Shown here one piece after another: positions 21,810 through 34,790 of a stretch of DNA of 64,000 nt. The position numbers and the translations under genes were made by a program. Within the stretch, counting starts at the first letter, position 1. Every line of letters starts with the position of its first letter. Below the pieces are notes generated by a model. That model searched no databases, was not told where the DNA came from, and saw only the letters and a program-made list of their open reading frames with translations. Source of the stretch: Mobula birostris (taxonomy: Eukaryota); NCBI RefSeq assembly GCF_030028105.1, contig NC_092376.1:163710212-163774211 (forward strand), in the 5' to 3' direction.

Positions 21810-23177
21810 AGTGTTAAGGAGTTGGAGCTGGAACCAAATGAACCAGTGATATCGGTGAATCTGAAATCAGTTGTGGGAAAGTTAATGGAAGGTATTCTCA
21901 GGGACTTAATGTATAAGTATTTGGATGGACATGGACTGATTAAAGATAGTGGCTTTGTGCATACTAGATTTTGTCTAACCAATCTTAAAGAGTTCTTTGA
22001 GGAAGTTATCGGGAAAGTGGATGAAGGCAAGGCGATGGATGTTGTCCACGTGGACTTCAGCAAGGCATCTGATGAGGCCCTACTTGGGAGGTTGGCCAAG
22101 ATGGTTCAGTCGCTCAGCATTCAAGATGAGGTCATAAACTGGATTAGATATTGTGTTTGTGGGAGAAGCCAGAGAGTTGTAGTAGATGGTTGCCTCTCTG
22201 ACTGGAGGCCTGTGACCAGCGGAATATTGCAGAGATTGCTGCTAGGTCCTTTGTTGTTTGTCTTCTATGTAAGTGATCTGGATAATAAGATGGTTAAATG
22301 GATCAGCAAATCTTTGGATGACACCAAGATTGTGGGTGTAGTGAACAGTGAGGGAAGCTATTATGGCTTTCAGAGGGATCTAGACCAGCTGGAAAAATGT
22401 GCTGAAAAATGGCAGATAGAATTTAATGCAGACAACTGTGAGATTTTGCATTTCAGTAGGATCAATCAGGATAGGTCTTACACAGTTAATGGCTGGGCAC
22501 TAAAGAGTGTGGTAGAACAAAGTGATCTGGGGATACAGGTCTACAATTCATTGAAAGTGATGTCACAGGTAGAAAAGGTCATAAGGAAAGCTTTTGGCAC
22601 GTTGGCCTTCATAAGTCAATGTATTAAGTACAGGAGATGGGATGTTATGTTGAAGTTGTATAAGGTATTGTTGAGCCCTAATTTGGAGTACTGTGTGCAG
22701 TTTTTGGCCATCTACCTACAGGAAAGGTGTAAATCAGGTTGAACTACTACAGAGAAAATTTACAAGGATGTTGCTGGGTCTGGAGTACCCGAGTTATAAG
22801 GAAAGATTGAATAGGTTAGGACCTTATTCCTTAGAATTTAGAAGGTTGAGAAGAGATTTGATTTGATTTGATCAAGGTATACAAAATTATGAGGGGTGCA
22901 AACAGGCTTTTTCCACTGAGATTGGGTGGGACTACAACCAGAGGTCATGAGGTAAAGGTGAAAGGTAAAAAAATTTCAAAAGAACATGAGGGGAAACTCC
23001 TTCACTCAGAAGCTCATGAGAGTGTGGAACAAGCTGCCAGCACAAGTGGAAACATGGATGGTAGAAGGTATGGTCCCAGTGCAATTCAATGGGAGTAGCC
23101 AGTTTAAATGATTTGGACATGGACTAGATAGGCACAAAGAGCCTGTTTCTGTGCTGTACTTTTCTATGACTCTATGA
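21810..23177 (+). mobile_element. CR1 LINE fragment with degraded RT ORF (21822-22742)
   Basis: SVVGKLME, CLTNLKEFFEEV, VDFSKA, DDTKIVG, PNLEYCVQF and a (ctatga)n tail. Confidence 0.92.
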
Positions 23178-23179
23178 CT

Positions 23180-23925
23180 ATTTGACCTCTGGAACAATTG
23201 GGAGGCTAAGGGGTTGATAGACACATTGTACAGGGAGGTTATCATACACACAAGATGCAGGACGCAGGTAACACAGGTTGCTCTCCATGGAGACTGTGGG
23301 TTGACGGGTTTGTAGCCATGTTGGCGGCGTTTGGAAGGCTGGAGGTTGGCAGTGCAGCAGCCACTCTTCACTGAAGGACAGTTCAATTCTGACAGAAGGA
23401 TGTTTCAAAGCTCTGAGACATATATGATTATTGGACTGTAATTTATATTGTTCTCCTTCAGTTTTCTGTTTTCTCTCTTGTTGTCGATTAGGGTTCCGGG
23501 TGGGTGATATGTTTAGTATAAGAGGAAAGGCTTAGGGATTTGGGGTCTGATAGTCTTGTTGCTTTTTCTGTGTGGGCAATCTGTTGGTTTTTGTGTATGA
23601 GAGAGAGGGGTTGGGAGTCTGATAGTATTGTCACTGTTATTTTTTGCTAGGGAGGGTACAGGGAGTTTTTAATGCTATTTTCACTGTTTTTGTGAGGGAG
23701 GAGTTTGGAGGTTTGGGGTTTGATGTTCCAAACAGTGATCTGTTAACTTTTGTGCAAGGGAGAGGGTGGAGGGTTTAGGGCTTGCAAGTTTTTCTTTGTC
23801 CTTTTTGTGCAGGAAGGATGTTGATGTCTATTCTCTTTTCAGTATGTCATGGCTATCTGGAGAAGACGAATGTCAGTGTTGCATTGTACATGCATACTTT
23901 GACAATAAGATGAACCTTTGAACCT
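23180..23925 (+). repeat. Unclassified interspersed repeat with G/T-rich internal degenerate repeats
   Basis: The 3' end (ggctatctggagaagac...gaacctttgaaccttt) recurs in reverse complement at 58145-58230. Confidence 0.5.
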
Positions 23926-23949
23926 TTGGTTGTAGAGAAAGGTATCGTT

Positions 23950-24200
23950 AAGCCTACATACAAAGTCATGAATCAAAATGTTGAGCATGGTGGGACTAAC
24001 ATTCTGAGATGCGTATATTTCATTACAAAGAGTACTGTAGGAAAGGAAGATGAGCTTAGGGTGTGGGTCATCGCATGGAATTATGACGTTGTACCAATTA
24101 GTGAGACTTGGTTGCAGGAGGGGCAAGACTGATAGCTCAATGCTTCAAGGTTCAGTTGCTTTGGACGTGATAGAGTGGGAGGGAATAAAGGGGGAAGGGT
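23950..24200 (+). mobile_element. CR1 ORF2 endonuclease N-terminal fragment
   Basis: LRCVYF...DELRVWVIAWNYDVVPISETWLQEGQD, an APE-type ETW motif. Confidence 0.75.
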
Positions 24201-25279
24201 GGTCAAAATTACACCAATGCTCCTTCTACATTCACACTCTGCTTTACTAACGCAGCTTGGGGAACAACTGTAAACATTAACTTTATTTGCCACGTGTACA
24301 TTGAAACATATGATGAAATGTATCGTTTTGCATCAATGGCCAACATAATCCGAGAATGTACTGGGGCAGCCCACAAGTCAGATGCAAACATAGCATGCCA
24401 ACAACTTACTAACCCTAACCCATACGTCTTGGGAATGTAGGAGATAACTGCAGTAACCTATTTGTTGAGATAGTGGACTCATTCCAATTAATTTCCTTCT
24501 TAGAGACACCCTTCTCCCTTCCAAACTAAACCTGATGTGTTGATCTTTGCCACGATGTAATCAACCTCAGTTCAAGTTAACCGGATACTTTATGAACTCT
24601 TCAGGTACAGCTGCTGTTTACAACCCCATCCGCTTCCTGACAAGGGTTCACATTTCGAGCCTTCTTGCACATTGCTCTGTTAGTTTATTTATTTTGTTCT
24701 CTTGGCTTGGCAACCAGTACATTTATAACACTATGCAGACGTTGACATTTCACATACCACTATTAATCATGGCTTTTCATTCAGCACGTAACTGTGACAT
24801 ATATTACTGCACTAGAACCTAGGAATTTAGGGTGCATAACAGATGAATATTTCTTTTGCATAAAAGAAGGATTAATTTTCAAAATAAACCCACTCAGAAC
24901 AATTAATTAGTGTGTATCTTCCAAAGGGCATGTTGCCTCTGCTATCTAGCATGCAAATTCTCCTGTCTTGTATCATCACCTTGACTGGGTTAACACTTAA
25001 TATGTATGGTGCTGCTCCTGGCACACTCTTCTGCAGTTCTCTCTGAACCAGGTTCAAGCCCTTGGCTTCATAGTAAAGCGAGGGATGAGCTAGGCTTTGA
25101 CTCTACTTTTTCTGAAAGCCCACTTACCTCAGATGCCCAGTTTTGATCTACCAGATCTGTATCTGAAACTGCCTTATGTGACATAACAACAGTGCTTAAA
25201 AACACAGCAGAGGGTACCATTAGTATGAAAACTAACAAACTAACTGTTAGATGAAATAATAATTAGTTAGAGGACCGTG

Positions 25280-26360
25280 TTGTGAGTTGAGACTAGCTTT
25301 ATTTGTCACATTTGCAGTGAAATCATTGTGGAATTCAGGGAGGTATAGACAAACCACCCCCCTCTGCAAATACATGGCTCCTCCATAGAGAAAGATAAGT
25401 GCACCAAGTTCCTGGGAGTTCACATCATGGATGACCTCACCTGGTCCCTTAATATCACTTTCCTGAGGAAGAAGGCACAGCAGCATCTCCACTTCCTAAG
25501 AAGGTTAAGGCAAGCAAGGCTCCAACCCCTCCTCCACATTAACTGTGTTTTATAGGAGCACCATTGAGAGCATCCTGACAAGTTGCATCTCCATCTGGTG
25601 TGGGAGCAGTCGAGCATCGTACAATAAGTCCCTACAAAGGACTGTGACAACAGCTGAGAAGATCATAGGGGTCTCCCTAACATCCATCAGAGATATTTAT
25701 CAGGAACTCTGCACTCACAGAGTCCTTAGTATTATCAAGGATCCTACCTATCCATCCAGCATCCTGTTTGACTTGCTACCATCAGACAGGAGATGACGAT
25801 GAGTAAATCAAGAAAGGTCAGGATGAGAAACAGTTTCTTTCCATTAGGCTTCAGAACTCTTGCCGCATTGTATTTGAAGTGTCACTGGTTAACCTGTTCT
25901 GTACCTTGCAATATTTAATATTAGAGACATAGAAACATGGAAAACTTACAGCACAATACAGGCCCTTCGGCCCACAAAGCTGTGCTGAACATGTCCTTAC
26001 CTTAGAACTACATAGGCTTACCCATAGCCCTCTATTTTTCTAAGTTCCATGTATCCATTCAGGGGTCTCTTAAAAGACCCTATTGTTTCTGCCTCCACCA
26101 CCGCTGCCAGCAGCCCATTCCATGCACTCACCACTCTCTGTGTAAAAAAAACTTACCCCTGACATCTCCTCTGTACCTATTGCACTTTAGTTGTTATTTA
26201 TGTGTGATTCATCTGTAGATTTTATCTTTACCTTCATAAGTCATCGTGTGTTATGTGCTTTACACCCTAGTTCACAGAAACGTTGTCTCGTTTCTATATG
26301 CATTATATGGTTATATACGTTATATACATGTATGTAGTTTAATGACAATAAGACTTGATT
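25280..26360 (+). mobile_element. Rex1/Babar-like LINE fragment with a nested CR1 3' end (25925-26180, minus strand)
   Basis: KFLGVHI.DDLTWS and FYRSTIESILTSCISIWCG. The 3' UTR resumes after 26180 and matches 41170-41445. Confidence 0.8.
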
Positions 26361-26369
26361 TTGAAACAT

Positions 26370-26722
26370 CAAGACCCCAAATGTGTTTTTTTACATAAAT
26401 CACTAACACAGTCCAAGGATCGTGCTGGAGGCAGCCATCAGTGTTGCCATCCTTCCAGCGCCAACATAGCCTGCCCACAACTCACTAACCCGAACTTAGG
26501 CATTTAGGTGGGAGGGAGGAAAGGGGGGTGTTTTGCTGTTGCTGCTTTGTCACTTGTTGTGTTCTGTGTTGTTTTGCCAAGCACAATGGGCATGCTATAT
26601 TGGTGCCCGATGTGTGGCGACCCAGCACCTCCCCGTGTGTGTTGGTTGCTAATGCCAATGACACATTTCAGTGTACCTTTTGATGTCCATGTGATAAGTA
26701 AATCCAAATCTGAATCTGAATC
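26370..26722. repeat. SINE-like fragments in opposite orientations
   Basis: Shares ccaacatagc.tgcc.acaact.actaaccc with 24270-24450, and gtgttggttg..aatgc with 38200-38320. Confidence 0.45.
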
Positions 26723-27239
26723 TTGATAATAACTGTGTAATAGTTGTTCCTCAAGTACAATAACAGACAGATGCATCTACAAGAGCTAAATTGTTGAGGA
26801 CAAGGTCAAGTATGAGGACTGCAGGATCTAATACTGTCAATGTTGGAAGTGATAGAGCTGCAATGAAAGAGAGGTGAGACATTGTTATAAATAACCTTAT
26901 TATACTGTCTGAATCCATGCCAAGAGCAGAGTGCATGGACGTCCTGTGGCAAGAACATTATGCTTTACAACATCAGAATAAATGCCCCATTTGGGATTAG
27001 CTGAGCTACGCCCACCTATTTCAACCTCCAGACTCTGCATTAATGAAATGGCTTATAGGAAATGAGCATTATCAATCCATGGGAAATTTCTTGAATGTGA
27101 TTGAAAGTGCCAAGGTATACGAATAAAATAGAGTCATAGAGTCACACAGCACAGAAGAAGCCCTTCTACCGACACTGTCCATGCTGACTATCAAGTATGT
27201 ATCTAGTCCTATTTACGATAGGTGCAGTATTCCCTAACA

Positions 27240-29030
27240 GTACAAACTTCAAAGTAAATTTATTATCAAAGTACATATGGTATATGTCACCATATATAAA
27301 CCTGATATTCATTTTCTTGTGGGCATACTCAATAAATCCAACAAACATAATAGAACTAATGAAAGACAGCACCGAGTGTACAACCAGTGTGCAAAAGACA
27401 ACAAACTGTGCAAGGTTAAAAAAGGATGAAATGACAGACAGACAGATATTAGGAACATGAGATGAAGACTCCTTGAAAATGAGTCCATAGGTTGTGGGAA
27501 CTTTTCAGAGATGGGGCAAGTGAAGCTAAGTGAAGCTATCACATTTGTTTCAAGAGCCTGATGGTTGAGGGATAAAATCTCTTCCTAAACCATGTTGTAT
27601 GTGTCATGAGGCTCCTGTATCTTCTTTCTGATGGCAGCAGAGAGAAGAGAGCATGAGCTGGGTGGTGGGTCCCCGATGATGGATGCTGCATTCCTGCAAA
27701 AATGCTCGTGTTGATGTGTTGGATGGTGGGGAAGGCTTTATCCATGAGGAACAGGGCAATATCCACTACTTTTTGTAAGATTTTTTGTTCAAGGGCATTG
27801 GTGTTTCTGAACCAGGCTGTGATGCAGCCAGTCAATGTAGTCTCCACCACACATCAAAGTTTTAGATGTCATGCCGAATCTTCACAACCTCCTCGGAAAG
27901 TAGAGGGGCTGCCGTGTTTTCTCCATAATTGCACTTGCTTGCTGGGCCAGGACAGGTCCTCTGAAATGATAACACTGAGGAATTGAAAGTTGCTGACCTT
28001 CTCCATTTCTTATCTGTCAATGAGGACTGGCTCATGGATGTCTAATTTCCTCCTCCTGACATCAAACATCAGCTCCTTGGTTTTGCGTAAGATGTTGAGT
28101 AAGATGTTGTTCTGGCACCACTCAGCTAGATTTTCAACTTCCCTTCTATATGTTGATTCGTCACTACCTTTGATTCAGCCAAAGACAGTGGTGTCATCAG
28201 CAAACTTAAACATGGCATTGGAGCTGTGCTTAGCCACATAGTCATAAGTGTAAAGCAAGTGGGGCAGGGAAGCAAAGCACACAGCCTCCTGGTGTACCTG
28301 TCTTGAAGCTTTTTGATTAGTTTTGAGGGGATGATATTATTGAGTGTCAAGCTGTAGTTAATAACGAGCATCCTGATGTAACCATCTTGGCTGTCCAGAT
28401 GTAACAGTGGTGGATGGAGAGCTAATGAGATGGCATCCACTGTCGACCTGTTGTGCCGGTAGGCAGATTGGAGTGGATCCAAGTCACTTCTCAAGCAAAG
28501 GTTGATATGTTTCATCACCAACTACTCAAAATACTTCATCACTATGGGTGTAAGTGCTGCTGGATGGACTGTAGTCATTGATGCAGGTTACCATGTTCTT
28601 CTTAGGCACCAGTATAATTAAAGCCTGCTTGAAGCAGGTGGCTACATCAGACTGGCAAGGTAGAACCTCAGAGAACACTCCAGCTATTGATCAGCCCAGA
28701 TCTTTAGTACTTAGCCAGGTACCCAATCTGGACTTGATGCCTTCTGTGGATTCACCCTCCCGATAGATGCTTGCATGTCGACCTCAGAGACCAAAATCAC
28801 AGGATCATCACGGCCCATGGGAGTTCATAATGGTTCCTTCATATTTTCACTGTCAAGGTGAGCATAGAATGACACTGAGCTCATCTGGAAGTGAAACCCT
28901 GTTGTCGCTTATATCGCGTGATTTTACTTTATAAGAAGTGATATCCCATTCAAGCCTTGTCACAACAGGCAAGCATCCTTCATAGATTCACGTTAGTCTG
29001 GAATTGCCACTTTGCCTGTGAGATGGCTTC
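27240..29030 (-). mobile_element. Rex1/Babar-like LINE, about 1.8 kb, degraded ORF
   Basis: DLDPLQSAYRHNRSTVDAISLALH, KFADDTTV (antisense at 28185-28205), LTGCITAWF, HALFSLLPSERRYRSL. Confidence 0.88.
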
Positions 29031-29054
29031 TAGAGATTTTGCCTGGACCTGTTG

Positions 29055-29560
29055 TAACTTTCTTCATCAGTGGTAAGGAAAGTAAATGCAATGTTAGCAT
29101 TCATTTCAAGAGGACTAGAATATAAAAGCAAGGATGTGATGCTGACCACACTTAGAGTATTGTGAAGAGTTGTGGGCCACTTATCTGAGAAAAGATGAGC
29201 TGCATTGGAGAGGGCCCAGATGAAGTTCACAAGAATGATTCTAGGAATAAAAGGTTTATCATATGAGGAGCATTTGATGGCGCTGGGCCTGTACTCAATG
29301 GAGTTTAAAAGAATGAGGGGGAATCACTTTGAAACTTATTAATTATTAGACAGAGTGAATATGGAGAGGATGTTTCCTACAGTGGGTGAGGCTGATAGCA
29401 GAGGTTGATAGAGTCTTGGTTAGTCACGGCATCAAAGGAAACAGGGAGAAGGCAGGAGAAAAGGATAGAGAAGGATAATAAATCAGCCATGATGGAATGG
29501 CAGAGCAGACTCGATGGGCTCTGCCTAATTCTGCTCCTATGTCTCATGGTCTTATGGTCT
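29055..29560 (+). mobile_element. CR1 3' fragment with deletions
   Basis: aaagtaaatgcaatgttagcattcatttcaagaggactagaatataaaag and a CR1 3' UTR like 15950-16025. Confidence 0.8.
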
Positions 29561-29747
29561 TTACTAGCACTTAGTTCATAGCCATATATACCTTGGTGAT
29601 TCAAGTGCTTATCAAAGTACCTGTTTAATGCTGCGAGAATCTCTGCCTTCACTATCTTCTCAAGCAGTGCATTCTAAGCTCCAACCACCCTCAGAGTGAA
29701 AAAAAACACCTTATATACTCTGTAAATCTCTTATTCCTTGTCTTAAC

Positions 29748-29841
29748 CTTATATGATCTAGTTAAAGACATCTCTGATGTAGAAAAATAAAGGACTTATA
29801 TGATCTAGTTAAAGACATCTCTGATGTAGAAAAATAAAGGA
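29748..29841 (+). repeat. Perfect 47-bp tandem duplication
   Basis: cttatatgatctagttaaagacatctctgatgtagaaaaataaagga occurs twice. Confidence 0.95.
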
Positions 29842-30224
29842 ATGGGTCCTTCAACCCATGAAGTTGTGCTGATCCTTTAAACTATTCCTTGATCAATCTA
29901 ACCCTTCCATCCTACATAGTCTGTAACACACGATTTTCCTTTATCTGTGTACTTATCCGAGAGTCTCTATCCCTCATGTACCAGGCTCTAATATCATCCC
30001 TGTACCGCATTTCAGGCACTTACCACCCTCTGTGTAAAAAAAAAACTATCTCTGACATCTCCCCTAACCTTTCTTCCACACACATTAAAGAGGAAAAGTA
30101 GGGAGAAGTTTATTACTGTCTGCTCTGTCTTTGCCGTTCATAGTTCTGTTCTCCTCTAACAGGTTCATTGTAATTCTTCCCTATTTCATGGGAAACAAAC
30201 TATTGGAACATCCGGAAAAATTTA

Positions 30225-30703
30225 TGAAACGCTCGTTCGCTGCTGTCATTACTGCGTGGTCGGGAATCTTTCGGAGGAAAGGCCTCAAAATCCCCAGCTT
30301 TGCCTGCTGTTGGCGACCGAGAAGGAGGTCGAATCGTTCGGATAGAGATGGCGCTCAGTACTCGGTGTCGGACAGCTGATCAGAGCTCGAAGTTTTCAGA
30401 TGACTCAGAGTCAGACCGTGGTCAGGTATGGCAGGGAGAGGTTTTCTTCCTTCTCCTGTCTGCGTGAGATGTGAGACATCTGAGAGACTTTGAACTTTTA
30501 CTGTGCTCATAGATTTCTTCATCAAGTTATGGCATTGTTGCACTATTGTAACTATATGTTATAATTATGTGGTTTTGTTAGTTTTTCTCAGTCTTGGTCT
30601 GTCCTGTGTTTTGTGATATCACACGGGAGGAAATACTGTATCATTTCTTAATGCATGCATTACTAAATGACAATAAAAGAGGACTGCGTGTCTTCATAAT
30701 CTA
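30225..30703 (+). mobile_element. Unclassified non-coding retroposon, CpG-rich 5' half
   Basis: The 3' end gcatgcattactaaatgacaataaaagaggactgcgtgtcttcataatc recurs at 9852-9900 as a short truncated insertion. Confidence 0.55.
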
Positions 30704-30719
30704 AACCCTCCCCAACTAG

Positions 30720-31052
30720 TGCATGAGGGGTAAGAATTTTCCACTGAGGTTAGATGTGAAGAGAACTAGAGATCATGTGTCAAGGCTGGAGGGTAAGATA
30801 TCTTAGGGGAACCCGAGGGAGAACTTCTCTACTCAGAGGATAGCGCGAGTGTGGTTGAGCCGCCAATGGAAGTTGTATATGTGGTTTCAATTTCAACATT
30901 TAAGAGAAATTTGGATAAGTACATTTGTGACAAGGTATGGAGGACTCTGGTCTAGGTGCAGGTCAATGGGACTAGGCAAAATAACAATTCAGAATGGATT
31001 AGATGGTCTGAAGGGTTTGTTTCTGTGCTATAATGTTCTATGACTATGACTC
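30720..31052 (+). mobile_element. Old CR1 3' fragment
   Basis: Similar to 22890-23177. Confidence 0.7.
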
Positions 31053-31374
31053 TACAACTAATCTCTCCTCATAACAGACCCCTCCAAGCCAGGTAACATC
31101 CTGATGAATCTCCCTTGCACTTTCTTCAAAATAATGGTATTCTTCAAATATTTTAAACCATTGAGAAAAATCTTTTTGGAGTGACAACAGTAAATTAGTA
31201 AGGAGGGGACATATAGATTTGCTTTCAAATTCTATCTTGATTTTTCAATAATGCGATTTCATACTAAGAACTTTCTGCAAATAGTTTCTCTTTTTCTTAT
31301 TTATTTTCTTCCTCTTCTCTTACAAGGGCCCAGACTTATTTTCTGAAGGTATTTTCTGCCTGGCTGAACAAATT

Positions 31375-33340
31375 GCTTTACCAGTGTGGCAGGGAATCAC
31401 ATACTCCAAGCCAATGCAGATTTAAAGGCAAAACTTGCAGAAAATGCAATCGGACACATACAAAAGCATGTTAGACTGACAAAAATAGGTGATCTGCACA
31501 GGGAAGAGAAAAAGATAAAAAGTTAAGATGCAGTTTCAAAAACAGCACTAATTCGCATGCTGTTGATGAAAAATCTGATAGTGCAGAGAGTGACACAAGA
31601 CTGGATAGCCTTGAGATTTACAATGTTGAAACTGACAAGAGGCAAGCAATATGGCTCATATCAGAACTGAATGGCAAATTTATTAAAATGGAATTAGACA
31701 TTGGTTTGGCTATTCCAGTTATTTCACAAAATGAGTTTGAATGACATTTCAAAGATATTGAACTGAAGCCTGCAGATATCTAACTAAGAACTTATAATGA
31801 AGAAATGATAACTCCTGTCGGAATGACATGCGTAACAGAGAAATACAAAACCAATAAGCCACATTGAACTTATATGTAGTAAAAACAGGAGGGCCCACAT
31901 TGTGTGGGTACAATTAGCTGAGACAACTACAACTTAATTGGAAATCCATTCACCATTTGCATGCCACATCCCTGTAACAGAGTCAACTGAAAGCAAATTA
32001 AGAAAGGTACTGTATGATGCCACAGCAATGTTCAAGGATGGTATTGGAAAACTCAAATGTATCATGGGTAAAATAGTGTTAAGTGAAATTGCCACACCAC
32101 ATGGAGCCTGAAGGAATTCTTTCCAAAGCTGAGTGAAGTTCTATGGCCAATGTCAGTAGTCTCAGTAGCCAAGAAGAATGGGTCTGTCAGGATCTCTGGT
32201 GATTTTAAGGTAACTATCAACCCAGTACTGAAAGTTGATCAATGCCTTCTGTCCAGGATAGAGGATCTCTTTGCAAATCTTTCTGTAGGAAATCACTTCA
32301 GCAAAGTATACTTAACTGAGACATACCCACAGACAGAGATGGAAAATGAGTCCAAACTGCTCAGAAGATTAGACAGCTATGGGCTCAGAGTATGACACAA
32401 CAAATGTGAATTCTTTAAACCAAGCATCACTTACAGGAGTTATTCCATTGATGCAGAAAGATTACACAAGTGTACTGAGAAAATTCAAGCAGTGGTAGAT
32501 GTCCCAAGACCAAAGAATGTGTCACAGTTGCCGTCCTTTTTAGGATTTGTCAATTAGAATAACAGGCGTCTGCCTAACCTGGCTCTTGTGCTCCACACCT
32601 TAAACTCATTTGCGCAGGTCAGGAAGATATAACAATGGACAAAGCAGTGTGAGGTGGCTTTTCAAAATGTAAAGGAAATGGTGTTGGCAGACAGTGTACT
32701 CACATTATGATCCACATTGTCCAGTGAAGCTTGCCGTGGACTGTTCTGGTTGGCAACACATCCAGAAGAAAAGTGTCCATAGCTGTCAGAACCACTACTT
32801 GCAGTTCCAGATTCAACTCCTGCTACCACCAAGGAGGAGACCCCAGAACCTGAGATAGTTCCACAGTAATAAATCTCACCTGCCAAGCAGAGTGACTCCC
32901 CACCACCCCACCTCCCACCTTTGTCAGGAAGACATTATCCCACAAGAGTAAGAAGTCCTCCGCACTGATAAAATCTTCAGGACTGAATGGAAAAATCTAA
33001 AATTTACTATGCTGTGGACATCTATGTAATAGTTGTATTATATAGTATATTGAGATGCATCCTATGATGAGACAGAGCTTATAGCTAAGTGGTGAGGAGT
33101 GGTATATATTTAATATTTCAGTAATATTTGAATAACATTGTAAATATATTGCTTGATTAAGCATTCTTTGTTGTTTACATAATGCATTGTGTGTAATATA
33201 TAAAAGCACGTGAATGGCATATGTCATCACACCACCATGTCATACATGTGTGCCTCGCTTAAAGTTAAAACAAAACAAAGACCCATTCTCCCAGGCTCCC
33301 ATCTTTTTCATGCAATTAGATTTATGCTTTGGAGGTACAT
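31375..33340 (+). mobile_element. Old, internally deleted Gypsy (Mag-like) relic with probable 3' LTR near 33100-33340
   Basis: Protease-like IKMELDIGLAI (31682), RT VAKKNGSVRISGDFKVTINPVLKVDQ, and KCEFFKPSITY and SQLPSFLGFVN remnants, with many stops. Confidence 0.8.
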
Positions 33341-33559
33341 CATCTTCACTCTTCTGCTTTTCTCTAGTCTTATAACTCTTGTTGTTATACCAGTTTAGTG
33401 TTAGGCTATAGGTACATTTTTGCTTAAAGAGAACTATGTCAATTCCCTCTTTATGACACTGTATTTAATTCTCATCATGCCTGGTATCTTGGGCGTGACA
33501 ATAAAGAATGCAGCCAATGCTTACATCAATGCCAGGAATGTGGATCCAATTAAGATTGT

Positions 33560-33672
33560 CTCAGCAACACACACAAAGTGCTGGAGCAACTCAGCAAGGC
33601 AGGCAGCATCTATGGAAAAAGTACAGTTGACATTTCGGGCCAAGACCCTCCAGCAGGACTGGAGAAAAAAGA
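33560..33672 (-). mobile_element. Short Penelope-derived element with degenerate hammerhead
   Basis: gcaacacacacaaagtgctggagcaactcagc...gacatttcgggccaagaccctccagcaggact. Confidence 0.7.
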
Positions 33673-33679
33673 AATAAAA

Positions 33680-34055
33680 GTTGTCTAATATCATTTCCAA
33701 AGCACAAGTGTAAAAGAGAATGAAGTAATTGTTATTCCAGACCTGATGCAGCACAAAAAGGCACAATAAGATAAAGAACACAATTATAAAAAAATACAAT
33801 GAATACAAATTCATAAGTGTAACTTATATACATAGACTGATTGTATATACATCAAGCAACATCAAGCACAGGAGATTCTGTACATAAGGTGACCAATAGC
33901 AAATAATATAACAGTGGTGGAGGGTTGGTTGGAGGTATTGATCAGCCTTACTGCTTGAGGAAATTAATTGCTTTTGTGTCTGATAGTCTTGGTGTGGATG
34001 CTACTGTACATAGCTTCCTTCCTGATGAGATTGGGACAAACAGTCAATGAGCAGA
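33680..34055 (-). repeat. Interspersed repeat, LINE 3'-tail-like; copies at 37460-38000 and 54200-55650
   Basis: All three loci share ccagacctgatgcagcacaaaa and ttgatcagccttactgctt...gtggatgctac..tagcctcctccctga. Confidence 0.65.
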
Positions 34056-34122
34056 ATATATATGTAATTTCAAAAGCAGTTGGAGTTTACATTGGCAATA
34101 AGGATAAGTGATTTGGAAATGC

Positions 34123-34335
34123 TATCGCAAACAAGAGAAAATCTGCAGAAGCTGGAAATTCAAGCAACACACACAAAATGCTGGAGGAACTCAGCAGGCC
34201 AAGAAGCATCCATAGAAGAAAGTACAGTCAATCTTTCGGGACAAGACAGGAGGGTCTCGGCCTGAAATATTGACTGTATTTTTTTTCGATAGATGCTGCC
34301 TGGCCTGCTGAGTTCCTCCAGCATTTTGTGTGTGT
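34123..34335. mobile_element. Fold-back mini Penelope derivative
   Basis: Inverted arms caacacacacaaaatgctggaggaactcagcaggcca / tggcctgctgagttcctccagcattttgtgtgtgttg. 14-bp TSD tgatttggaaatgc at 34109-34122 and 34336-34349. Confidence 0.85.
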
Positions 34336-34411
34336 TGATTTGGAAATGCAGTTGCGATCAAATTGAACACTTTGCTCCAGTGAATACAATTCTAAATAAA
34401 TTACAGCAGTT

Positions 34412-34629
34412 CGTAAACACAAGAGATTCTGCAGATGCTGGAAATCTACAGTAACACACACAAAATGCTGGAGGAACTCAGCAGGTCAGGCAGCATCTAT
34501 GGAAAGAAATATTTGATGTTTCTGATTGAGACCCTTCATCAGGACTCCTCAGACCAAAACAGTGATTATTTATTCCTCTCCATAGGTGCTGTATGACCTT
34601 TGGAGTTCCTTCAGTATTTTGTGTGTGTT
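34412..34629. mobile_element. Fold-back mini Penelope derivative, older
   Basis: Same inverted architecture, with a degenerate TSD taaattacagcagtt/taaactactgctgtt. Confidence 0.7.
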
Positions 34630-34790
34630 AAACTACTGCTGTTATTTTTTTCAGTGATATCACTGTACAGGTCTTTTTGCTGTACCACTTCAGCTGTAAG
34701 GTGTAAGCTAAAGTTTGATGACAAACTAGTCATCAAGACTGAAGCCCATGAAATCAGGGGGGCTGTAGAAGGATAAAGAAAAAGTAGGTT

